Origin: Antedon mediterranea
Lineage: Eukaryota > Animalia > Echinodermata
Assembly (NCBI RefSeq): GCF_964355755.1
Contig: NC_092670.1
Coordinates: 3,462,201-3,526,200 of the forward strand
DNA length: 64,000 bases
Reading direction: 5' to 3'
Positions 36,101 through 48,500 of this stretch are shown here, one piece after another. Under the pieces are notes generated by a model. The model saw nothing but the letters and a program-made list of their open reading frames with translations, was not told the origin of the DNA and searched no databases. Every line of letters starts with the position of its first letter. The stretch's first letter is position 1. The translations under genes and the position numbers were made by a program.

Positions 36101-39100
36101 TTTTTTTGGGTTTTTTTGGTCAATTTGAGTGAATTTAAATAGTGTTCTTTTATTTATTTTTTTTATTTAGGTTGCCAAAGTTTCTAGAAAATTCTACACT
36201 ACCTTCACCAGAATATGAATCAATGTCCACTGGTAATTATCAGTTTAATTCTGATTGCTAAAGTTAATCATTCTAATAAGACTTGTATGAATTCTTCCTA
36301 TTTTGAACTGCAAGTTTGGAATTAAAAGTTATTGTACAAATTGATATTAAAATTGTGTCTTATTTTAGATGATTTGAAGCAAGCGTTAATGTCTATAATG
36401 ATGCGTAAAGATGAAGTTGAAGACCAGAATAAGTGAGAAAAATATTTTTTTTCTGTTATTTGTCATTCAATGATTTATTCTATATTATTTCGCTTTAAAG
36501 AATCCTGGGTTAGATATTTCTAGCAATTCTTGTATATTTTGTAAAATTGTAGTAGTTTGGTTAAAAATGTTTGTATTTTATATGTGTTGAGTGGTGAATC
36601 TTGAGTTTACTGTTTGATGGGAAAGAGTGTTACATGACAATTCATTTCATTATTTTTAAAAATGAATTACTATTTACGTTTTAAACTTGATTTGTAGATC
36701 ATTACGAGTGTTACTTGACAGTGAAATGGAGCATACAGCTAAGTTACGAGCCGAGTTGGACGAACTTAAGAAAGATTACGATGACCAGGAGGAACAAAGT
36801 TACTCAAAAATTCAAAATCTTACGAGGTGATATAGAACTATCAAATTTAAGATTGGGGTTGACATTTTAGTTTGCATATTGAGACTGGGTTACATACAGT
36901 ATCATCCAGTTACTAAAAACATTTATTAACATATAAACAGTATGTTCATGGAATGTATTTACACGAATATAACTGTATAACATTAAAATTAATGTTTCTT
37001 CTGTTTTTCATAACTATACTTTTGCTCGCTGATAATGTATACATTAAAAAATAACCAATTATCTACAGTTGCCCTTTTTTATCATAATTCTGTTTTTTGT
37101 AATTCGCAGAGATAATGAAATGCTCAAACATCAACTGAAGAAGTATGTTGGAGCTGTACAGATGTTGCAGAGAAAAGGCTCTTCATCACTTGATGGTAAG
37201 TCAGGCATGTTGTTCTGCTACAGTATTCTATACCCAGTGTGACACACTCAAGATGTATGCTGTTTACAATTGACCTATGACCTTAAGACTTAATAGGAAG
37301 TCATACTCTTTATTGCTGATCTTTAGAAACACTTAACTCCAAAGTCTAATTACTACAAAATCTGTGTATACGGAAAAAGCTAAATCAAAACGAAAAAGAA
37401 AACAGCCAGAGTGAAGTAGCAAAATAACTCTAAGGTTAATGAATAATATATAATATGTATAGATAAAACATTCTTTCTATTAAAACTATATAATAAAACT
37501 ATAGTCAAATTATTATTATTACACAGGAATCAAGGGTATTAGAAAGGATGACCTTCAACCTCTGATCCCTGACCCTAAGCCTCCTCTTGTAGATTACAGG
37601 TAAGTTTGATCTGTTTTGATGTTGTAATGGATTTTGTTTTTTTGTTCTTCCAAATGTTTCTGTATTGCAATCAAATCTTTCCACTTCTTTTCCCGGGAAA
37701 ATTTAATTGCATCTTTGAATCTGCGTTTTATTTATAGTGAGCAGTCAGCGGAGTATGAACGTAAGCTGATCCAGGTTGCAGAGATGCACGGAGAACTGAT
37801 GGAGTTCAATGATCACCTTTCGCGAGTACTTAAAGCAAAAGAAAACCTAATTCAAAGACTTAAATCTGAATTAGTAGATCTTAGAGGACCGGTAAGTTTA
37901 ATCATGTGAATGCACTTCATATATAACTATTAATAAATTACCATCAACGGTCATAAAATCTAACTCAATCAACCAGTTCCATTCAAGGTTGGAAAAACAC
38001 TTGTCTAATTCTTTCAGTTTGCCCCCTGTAGTAGACATAGAAATATATATATAATCAAGTATAATATGTAGTGTTGTCTCTTAGCACTTACTTACGAACA
38101 TATTTACTTTTTTCAGTTACCAGATCAGACCTCAATATCAGAAGATGTCAATTGTCAAGAACCTGACACGTAAGAAAAGTTTAAAGTTAACTTAAACTTA
38201 AAGACCAAAATATGCTATAACTGTTAAAATTGTAAATGTCTTGTTGTACATACGCTGTAATGAGAACTATCTTTTTCAGAGCATCTTTGACAGGTCCTGG
38301 AAGACCATTAATCAATCTTTGGATTCCCTCAGCATTCATCAAAGGAAGAAGCAAGGATACATTTCATGTTTATCAGGTAAATGCAGCCTTCCTAAATGAG
38401 ACTTCTCCCACACAGTACACAGCCCCTCCCACATGATATAGCTCCTCCCACATATGATTTGGCTCTTATCACACAGTATGACTCACATAGGATATGGCTC
38501 CTCCAACACAGTATATGGCTCCTCTCACACAGTAGGATATGGCTCCTCCCACACAATAGGATATGGCTCCTCCCACACAGTAGGATATGGCTCCTCCCAC
38601 ACAGTACATGGCTCCTCTCACACAGTATATGGCTCCTCCCACACAGTATATGGCTCCTTCCATACAGTATATGACTCCACCCACATAGTATATATACTGA
38701 GTGTATGTCTTTTTCACAGATAGATGTGGTATGGTCCTCCCTCTAAAGATCTCAATAATTTATGCCGTCAAAACCTACCAAACTTTTAATTCATCCCATT
38801 TTGTAATCCATGTACTGCAAATAATGACTCATTAAAGTCTAAAGCTCTGTCTACACTATCAAACTTTATGTGATAAAAACATGTGATTTGCCCATAATAT
38901 ATGGACATGATGATGTCATACCATTACCATATTTGGGCATATCACTACCATATTTGGGCACACCACCCTTTTGTTGTCAAACTAGTTTGATAGCGTGAGC
39001 AGTGACAGAGCTTAATATTTGTTGTTGTTGTTTTGCCTTTTCAGGTTTACATTCGAATACGGGATGAGGAATGGAATATTTACAGAAGATATACACAATT

Positions 39101-39831
39101 TAGAGAATTCCACAACAAAATAAGGAAGAGCAATCCTGTAATTAATAAATTTGACTTCCCACCAAAGAAAGCAGTTGGAAACAAGGTAATGACTATGATT
39201 ATGATTTTGACAATGATGTGATAAGCTGATGTTGATTATGATGATGATGTCTGAGAGAGAGTAACTATTTTGATTATGGTGAAGAGACTGAAGAACAAAT
39301 TGGAATAAATGCCAGAATGATGTTGTTATTCTGTTTAGGAAGCAAAATTTGTTGAAAGCCGTCGCAAACTTCTCCAAAACTACCTCCGACATGTAATCAA
39401 TCATTATCTTCAAAATTGTGCTGAATTAACGCAAGAACCTTGCAAGGCCACGCTACTTAAGTTTCTACCATTTTTTGGGTAAGTCTAACAACAGCAACAT
39501 CCTCACAACTATCTTCTGTTGATAACACATTATATGGAAAACTGTATCTTACTAATATTGTACCTAGGAATCATTTTTTCACTTTACATACAAATCTAGA
39601 CTAAATATTTTTGCATACATAGCGTTTCATACGTATAATACTTAATAACTGGAATAAAAATAAAAACATTGGCTGGTGGACTAACAACATAAACAAGACA
39701 ATAACTAGATACTTTTGTTTGTGAATAGTGATCCAGTTACAAAACCTAAAAAGCAAGAAAGACCAAGATCATCATTGTTATCTGGCAGAACTACTGCAGC
39801 AGTAGCAGAGAATTCATATGAAGGTTTCTGA
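33103..39831 (+). CDS. SNX29: Sorting nexin-29 (RUN, coiled-coil and PX domains), ~870 aa, 18 coding exons
   Basis: Exons: 33103-33302, 33416-33474, 33567-33741, 34007-34139, 34457-34568, 34780-35511, 35929-36028, 36171-36232, 36369-36432, 36698-36826, 37110-37195, 37527-37599, 37738-37891, 38117-38169, 38280-38376, 39045-39185, 39339-39478, 39729-39831 (2613 nt in frame). Motifs [78 protein letters not shown] and [10 protein letters not shown]. Confidence 0.95.
38403..38690. repeat. Degenerate minisatellite (21-26-bp unit) in SNX29 intron 15
   Basis: Repeats of (GGA)TATGGCTCCTCCCACACAGTA. Confidence 0.9.
38843..39012. mobile_element. MITE family A copy
   Basis: Family TIR and core; TAA on both flanks. 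Confidence 0.82.
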
Positions 39832-40157
39832 TTGGTCAGAGGTTTATCAAAAGCAGCAGCAGAGAATTCATATGAAGGTTTCTGATTAGTCAGTGGTTAT
39901 CAAAAGCAGCAGCAGAGAATTCATATGAAGGTTTCTGATTGGTCATTAGTTATCAAAAGCAGCAGCAGATAATTCATATGAAGGTTTCTGATTGGTCATT
40001 AGTTATTAAAAGCAGCAGCAGAGAATTCATAGAAGGTTTCTGATTGGTCATTAGTTATCAAATGCAGCAGCAGATAATTCATATGAAGGTTTCTGATTGG
40101 TCAGTAGTTATCAAATGCAGCAGCAGACAATTCATATGAAGGTTTCTGATTGGTCAT
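39797..40157 (+). repeat. 53-bp tandem repeat x 7 that includes the SNX29 terminal codons and stop
   Basis: AATTCATA(T)GAAGGTTTCTGATT recurs at 39811, 39865, 39918, 39971, 40024, 40076 and 40129. Confidence 0.95.
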
Positions 40158-40234
40158 TAATAGTACTTATCAATAATGTCTTTTTAACTAACTGTATGCA
40201 TTTGAGGACATTGGGATGTGTATGTACTTTCTAA

Positions 40235-40400
40235 AGCCTTACATTATCAAACTTTATGTGACAAAATAAATGTGATGTACCCATATAATGATGATGTCAT
40301 ATCACTACCATATTTAGGAATATCACTACCATATTTAGGAATATCACTACCATATTTAGGAATATCACTACCACACTATTTTGATAGTGTAGACAGAGCT
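40235..40400. mobile_element. MITE family A copy (with internal 21-bp triplication)
   Basis: TATCAAACTTTATGTGACAAAA...TTTGATAGTGTAGACAGAGCT; ATATCACTACCATATTTAGGA repeated inside. Confidence 0.75.
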
Positions 40401-42570
40401 ACAGTCGATTCCTGGACACTCTTTTGCTCGATTCTAGGTTTGACACAATCTGCATATATCTGCAAATCCTGTTTTGACAAGTGTTTTGAGAATCACTATA
40501 CGTATGGTATATGCATTGTACAGAACTATTACACTGTCTATTTGAAATGGTGCTTAAAACTGACTATTTATTACTATTATTATTTCTGATTATGCAGACA
40601 CAATGTGAAACTTGTGCACTTTCCATTCCAGCATGCTGTTTCTTCTGGTGTAGCCTACAGAACATCATACCAACTTGAATTATGATTATTAGCTGTACAT
40701 TAAAATATGTAATAAATGTATCTGTACTTTAATGATTACAATTAATAACTATGTACAAAATAGGTACTGTAATAAAAAAAAATCATTCCCTATTTTTTTC
40801 CAATTTGTATAAATGTTTCTCCTGAAATGTGCAAAAATGAAAAATCCTTTTAGTAAGTTTCTCATCCTCCAACCGATATGTACTGTAGAAATATTTTAAC
40901 TGTACACACTGACATTAGTGCTCTAATGCTTCCTTCAGTACAGCAATATTGTCTAATAGTGCCCTGTGCCCCAATGATTAAGTAATGTTAATTCCAATAG
41001 TACGTTTTCTATCCTGCAACATAGGAAATTTAGCACCAGCCATTTAAAACCTGTAAATGCACTAATGTTCCTAAGGTGCAGCAATATTGTCTAATAGTGC
41101 TTGTGGCCCAATGATTGTTTTAATAATAACTTTATTGTTTAATTTTAAAAGGTTATTACTATCACAGTGTGTTAATGTAAACGTATTTTAAACCAAATCA
41201 AGATTTATGAATATTAATTGGTTGCTTATGAATATGTATATTATCCTAGAAAGATTATAACTTGTGGGCTGCTATATTTTAATGTTTACTTTCAAGAAAG
41301 AATGCTTATATCAATATATTTTTATATAATTTCTATTTCATTTACAAAGGAATTTTATATTTACAATTTTACCTGTAGTAAGTTGTTGTATATATTATTA
41401 CACATATATTTCCAACAGTATAAAATGTGTGTTTACTGTAACTATAGGCACAGAACAGGTAGAGATTATACCAACATATTTATCAGTTAATGTATTATGA
41501 AAAGTGTAAATCAACAGGAGGCAATTACTGAAAATATGACAATGCTGTGGGTATCAGTGGCTTGATCTCAATGGAGTATATAATGAAGTTGAATTTATAC
41601 ACCTGTGTTTAATTTGAGTTGTTAGGGGTTTTCAATTTGGGGTATACATGTTTTAATCATCGGACAATCAATTTTAAAGGTGCTTTTAGTATGTCAAAGT
41701 TTATGAAAGGGGATTGACATTTAAATATCAACAAACATCTGTACTATATAATTATGAAACAAAATAAAGGAATATTTTATCCAATAAGCAGCTATTCATG
41801 TTTTAAATGACACGGTATATATTATTATGTGCAATGGGTTCAAAAGGCGGGGGAAAAGTTGAGTAGAATCCATTTAACATCTTGATCTTGTTTCCGTATT
41901 TCCACTTTATTTAATTCCTATTTCCAGGATTTCAATAGTTTATTGACCATTTCTTTACTATCACAACTCAATTTCTGGTTCCAACTAAATAAATAAAAAC
42001 TTTATTGTCCATCTACCCAGTTTGTCCATCCATGGCTTTTCTAACAATAACATAGCCTTCTATTCCCCTACTGTGTTGATTTTCATCCAAAAACAGCTAT
42101 TTTTTATACTGCCATATTTATTTATGACCTACTTTCACAGATTGAAGTGTGTGCAACTGTTTAAAAAGTATTAAATTAAAACTTCTAGTGTTTACTTATT
42201 TGTTTTATGGGGGTACACGGTACAAAGGTACACCTCAAAACCGGATCCAATTAGAATTGAGCAACCCTGCTATCGTCTGACGTCATCACCAACTTGTCAT
42301 CTGACGACTTAGGTAATTGTTGTATACCTGTGAGAACTCTACTTACGATAAAACAGGGTTGGTGGCGCTGTTTAGCAAGTTGTCAAAATAAAACTACTTT
42401 ATCTATTTTTATCTCTGACGAAATTAGTCTCGTGAGTGAAATTTCCCAAGTTTGGTCGCGGTTAAAAGTCTCTCTTTTCTGAGGCGTGTATTGCAGAGCT
42501 ACACTAAAGGCTTGAGGCTAAGTACTTTACTTGTTTTTCTTGCATACTTACTTACCAGATACAGTCAAAA

Positions 42571-44163
42571 ATGCATCACCATCATAAAGAGGAAAAACGG
42601 GCTCTGCGGGTAAGACCACGAATATACCTAGCTATTCTAGGCCTAGCTAGATAGTAGAAGAAGTAGTTTTTAGAGAAGCATGTTGTTTCAGTGTGTATGA
42701 TTGATGTTGCCGGTTGCCGACTGCCGAAGTTGTAGGTTTGAAAATAGAAAACTGAGGCTGAAAGATTCTGAACCAGACATCCTCCCTTATCAAAGAGGAT
42801 GGTTTGATATGTGCATTCAGAATAAGCTTACAATATATTATTTATAGACTACTGTACGTTGTCTTTGATGAATATCAGTGCGACAACACTGACTGAGAAA
42901 CAAATAAAAAAATGTGACATTAAATTTAAACGAAAATATTGTATTTTCAAAAATGTCTTTTTACTAAATTATTACTCATATGATATTCATAACTACTTAA
43001 ATGTAAATATATAATTTTTTTTATACTGTATGAAGAATTGTACTAAAACAGACTTTTTATTGAATTGACAGCAAGAAGCTCGTGCTGAACGCCAAGAACA
43101 CAGGCTCCACAATAAAGCCGTCCACGCTGCCGTGCATGGTAACTATGCCAAGGCTGCAGAGTTAGAGGTAAACAGCTAAAAGAATCATTATGCCACCACC
43201 TACATTGGGTACAGACTAGAAAGAGAACATCCACATATTTTGTGGAAATATTTTAACCCCACACATACCGAGAAAACAAGGTTTTGTAGACCAGCAATCC
43301 TCATAAAACTAATCCTAATCTTACAGATTCCGGAAAGATGTATTTCTGCTGTACCTGCAGTGTATTAATATATTATTCAAATTTCTTTATACCCGTGCAG
43401 CACCAAACATGTTGACAATGACGCACTTGAAAATAAAATTTATATTTAACACAATACTAAAATATTGTGTTTTGTTTTGTAGGTTCGAGCAGCTGGAGCT
43501 CATCACCGAGCAAATGAAGCTGGATATCGTGCTGACGTTGCACACCACAAGAGTCATGTCCATCACCATGTACCCCCTCCTGTGCATCACCATCATGTTC
43601 CCCCTCCTGTACATCACCATCATGTTCCCCCTCCTGTACATCACCATCATGTACCCCCTCCTGTGCATCACCATCATGTGCCCCCACCACGTCATCACTC
43701 ACCACATGTGACTGTTGTACATGTAAGTAAAATATCCAATATAGATTTATATAAAGGCTTAAGCTAACACTAGTATTTAATATGAATTTCCCAAATAATG
43801 TTTTAAAAATTGATATATTATTTTCTTGCAGCATCATCATGAAACTCCTTCAGGCTACCCTACTGGTCCAGCACCACCCCCAGCTCATCCTCCTCCTGCT
43901 TACACCCCAACACCAGGCTATCCACAACCCCCTGCACCAGGCTATCCACAACCCCCTACACAAGGTTATCCTCCACCAAGTGCACCAGGATATCCCCCTG
44001 CAGCAGGATACCCACCTGCCTCAGGTAAGATGTTTGCAAGTATACATACTGTATTGATGCCTACACATTTAAGAACATTTAGTTTCTACAATGTGCCAAA
44101 AATGACATTAACGTTTCTTTTTGTTTTTTTATAGGTAGTACATATGGAAACCCTTACCAGTAA
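42571..44163 (+). CDS. Uncharacterised His/Pro-rich protein, 198 aa, 5 coding exons
   Basis: Exons 42571-42609, 43072-43167, 43483-43722, 43832-44024, 44135-44163, all GT-AG, 597 nt in frame. Good start context (AAAAATG). Sequence MHHHHKEEKRALRQEARAERQEHRLHNKAVHAAVHGNYAKAAELEVRAAGAHHRANEAGYRADVAHH, then HHHHVPPPV repeats, then GYP-rich repeats ending YGNPYQ. Confidence 0.85.
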
Positions 44164-45596
44164 TTGAATTGTGATGAACAGAAGGATAGAAGAAACATAC
44201 TACTAGATAAATTGTAATTATTCCAATGAAGATATACAGTAGTTGTGTGGTATTTTTACATAAAAAAGACCTGTTTAAGTATGTTTGTCACAGAATCAAA
44301 CACAGAATACAACCTTAAAAATGTACTGTAATCATATTGGAATTAAACAAGTAATTTTAATATTCCAAATGTGCACACCTTGACAAAAAGGATTGACTTA
44401 TTAGTTTATTAAACTAGATCCAGTATTATATTTTAAACTAATAATTGTATAATTCAATTATTCATTTTTATATTTCATTTATTACTGAATTATATAACTG
44501 TTATATTACAGTTCTTTCTAAAATTAAAAGACCTTTAATGATTTTTAGCAAGACCACAGGAAATGGTCTCTTGCAATATCTTTTTAATTGAAGAGGAAAA
44601 CTGTAGGCTTATTTTATATAAATTACTTAAATATTTTGTATTATAACAATTTTAGATTTAGAATTATATATAAGCATGTGGATACCATATTTCTGCTTTA
44701 GTAAGATAATTATTTTGATAATTTTATATATAGAATAGAAATTTAAATAATATGTTGATATATTTTTATTTTAAAGAATTGATTCGTTGGTTTTGTCAGG
44801 GCCACATTAAAAAAAATCTATTAATTTGTTAATCAAATAACCATAGAAATGAATAAGATATTGTATAATGTTTGATTCTGTCCAAAAGTCTGTGAGAAAT
44901 AAAATAAAATAAAAGTAATATTTGTGAAAGTTGTATACGTTTACCATTTAAATTGCAACATTCCCTTATACAAAAATGTAAAATAAAATAACAAGGAAGG
45001 AATTGTTTGTTTATTATGTGTTCATTCTACTGTGGAGTGTAATTAAATTGCAAACAGTATTTTATTTGTCGTATGTAATTAATTTAAACCAATTTATATA
45101 AGTTTTGCGTACATACATACGCAACGTCCACGCTTCAGTGGTTACACGTACGTAATTTGGACGCTTCCATTATATGGTAGGGTGATTGTATATTGGTTTT
45201 TTACACATATCGGATAATTGAACACAGTTATAGCACAGAAATACGGCACCTTTAATAAATATGGATAATACTCGTTATATAGTACTACTAATTTGGAAGA
45301 CACCAAAGATAGTGTCGAAGAAATAATAAAACAAGTTTTAGCGCCTCCAACATAAAACTAGCAAATAATAGTCTCTCATCATAACATTATTTGTATTTGA
45401 TTACTTTGAAGCGGCTGGAATCACGTCTAATATGTGTACTTTTCGACATCAATTCAGAGAGAGAGATCGAAGGGCGGATCTTCTTTTGCTGCAGAGAGTG
45501 GAATTAATGGTTGGTTGTTTATATTGAATCTTCAAAATGTGAACTATATTGTGAACTTTTACATTGTTATTTGATGTTTGATTAACTTAGATAAGC

Positions 45597-48500
45597 ATGG
45601 CTCGAAGCATTAAATCACGTTATGCTTCAGATATGGCATTAGATCATTCGGCTAATTTGATGGACGGGCGAGGAGGAGGCCAGTCATCAGGCCTGGGATT
45701 GCGTTCCATGGCGCCGGGTTCGACAGCCAGTCTAGGCCGATCAGCGATACACCAATCTCACGTTATTCCAATCAACGATGGTAAATATAAATCGAATGAT
45801 AAAAAACATGGAAATGCTACTGACGGTTTTGAGAGAGGTTTTGAAAGAAGAACAGCAAGCCTTCCAAGAATTGTACATGATCGTGTTGTCATGAGCGTTG
45901 AAAATCTAACGGCTCGAACTCAATCCCAGCATTCTTTGGATCATTTAGAGCCGCTATCTGAAACTGTATCAGAAGCTCATTTAAATGACTATAATACGCC
46001 TAGGCCGGTGTTATCGTCAAAAATGATAAACGGGAAGTCATCGTACAAGAAAACAAGAAAGAAGCCGTCGCTTAAAAATTTTGGTGGCCTTGTTCAACGT
46101 ATGGTACGGCAAATGAAAACAATGGACGTTGACACAAACTCATGTTCCTCTAGCTCTAGCGAACATCTGGATAATGAACCGCAACCGCCAACTAATTTTA
46201 AAGAGAACAAGAAGAATACAAAAGTGACCAAGTTTCACTCCAATATTAATAGTGATACGCCACGATTTTTAGGTGGTAAAATGCCAGGACTTTCCGGGTT
46301 AAAAAATCACGGAAATACATGTTTTATAAACTCAATTATACAGTGTTTAAGTAACACAGACATGTTAGCGGAATATTTCGTTCTTGAACAATACAAACAA
46401 GATTTGAAACGGTTAAAGCGCAATCGAAACAGTAAGAAATTTGGTACCAAAGGCGAGTTAACCGAACAATTAGCGATTCTCTTAAAGGCGTTATGGTCTT
46501 GTCAGTACACGCCGCAGTTATCTATGGAATTCAAGAAAGTTGTGGCGCGGTACGGAGCGCAATATCGAGGAAGTGAGCAACACGATGCGCAAGAGTTTCT
46601 CATGTGGTTGTTGGATAAAGTTCATGAGGATTTAAACAGCGCCACCAAGAAGAAATACAAAACATACAAGGTACAGTATATTGTCTTACAGTACTTCTAT
46701 ACCTTAGTATTAATAATTAATCTTAATTCAATTCGATTATAGGCAATGTCTTAGGGGCCTGTTCGTAGGGGTTGAAAATACCAGCTTATTCCCGATTTCC
46801 GTTCGCGTGATCCAATTAACTTTTGCCTCAGGCTACAAAAAATTCGAGGTAAAATGTTCACCAAATTTGCAGGTTATTTCAGCGATAATCCAATTATACT
46901 CGGCCTTCGAGGATAATAAATCTCCGATAGAGGCAATGTGTCAAATTTTGACAAACGTTCGCTGCCTAGGCCCGTCATTTCTCCTACGAAGCTCTTCCAT
47001 ACACGCTTCGAGAGCGATCGTCAGCTGGTGCTGTCCTTGTTGGTGTAGACCGCTTAGTAGGCCTAGCTGGTCGGGGAGCCGCTGGTCGATGGTGTTTCCG
47101 TCGTGTAACATTGGGCTCAAATTCTTCGTCAATGAGTAAAATAATGGTCGTCAGGAGAAGGCATATTTCGGCAGGATTATCGGCGTTAAGAGGCATAAGG
47201 TTTGTCGCAAGGATAAGCAGTGTAAAAGGTAGCAAGTAATTGTTATTGTAAAGAAAGATCGCGAGTAAAAAATATACAACACGAAACTAGCGTGCGAAAA
47301 TGGGGTCGTAGGTTGTAAAGACAACTGACCTTAGAACGTACTGTAATTTCCGGTTTGTGATTCGTCGATTAAGCATTTAAGCGGTTAAATATTTCAAGTA
47401 CGAACAACGCTCAATTTATAACCCGAGGCATGGGTGAAATTAAGCGCTTATTTTAACCACCGTACGAACACGACCTTATAGTATACTGTATAAGTCAAAG
47501 ATGCTCTCCAGGTGGAATACCATCTTGAGATGATTAGTAGTAATATTAATCTTGTTTATTTTTAATTCATATATGTAATTTTACTTTGTATGAACCAGAG
47601 ATTCCGAAATAAAACATTAAATGAATGAATAATAGGCCCTTAGGTCTAGCGCGACTGTGATGTATTGTGTAATGACAAGTGGAAACGACACAACAGTGCT
47701 TAAAAAAGGTTTGATTTTACGCAGGAAGTTGAAAGTTCATTTTCTTAAGTTACGTACAGTAGTTTATGTTACATTGCGTCGCTAGTGGAAACCAAGCTTA
47801 AGATCAGAAAAAGTTGTTTGTACAGTAGGATTGAGAATCCTGCTGGGAGGTTTACCACACATTTGATAAATTAATATAATATAAATATAACTATAATCTT
47901 CTTTTTAAAAATTATTTATGACCTACTGTAGGATTTATCAGCATGCTCCACAGACCATATATTTTGTTCCTTGTAAACACAGTTATTTACAGTAAATCTA
48001 ATTGTAACCCTGGGTTTTTCTTGTTTTTTTGGGTGGGTTACTATTTGATAGGGAGTTACTATTAGAGTAGTGGGTTACTATTAGTATTACTAATCTTAAA
48101 TTAGGCACCTGAAAATAGTAACCCACCTCCAACTTTTCCGGTAAGCAACTCATAGCATAATAAAAAAACAGTAGGAATAAACAAGTTTGGTTGAACTCTA
48201 ACTTTATTTTATAAACTAAAAAACACTCAATCCTCCCCCACTCCCGAGATCAACATGCATTATCTCCTTTTCAAAATACAGCTGCATCATAAGTTTTTGT
48301 GACTCTAATACAGTAGTAACTCCCATGGGTTACTATTAGAGTAGTGGGTTATTATTATAGATTGACTTATAAGGTGGGTTACTATTAGAAGGGGGGTTAC
48401 TATTAGAGTGTGGGTTACTATTAGAGTAGTGGGTTATTATTATAGATTGACTTAAGGTGGGTTACTATTAGAGTAGTGGGTTAGTATTATAAATTGACTT

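Noticed and set aside
43387-43840. Antisense ORFs with DGDVQEGEH or MMVMHRRG repeats
   Set aside because: Shadows of the His/Pro coding repeat on the plus strand, which has the splice-site support.
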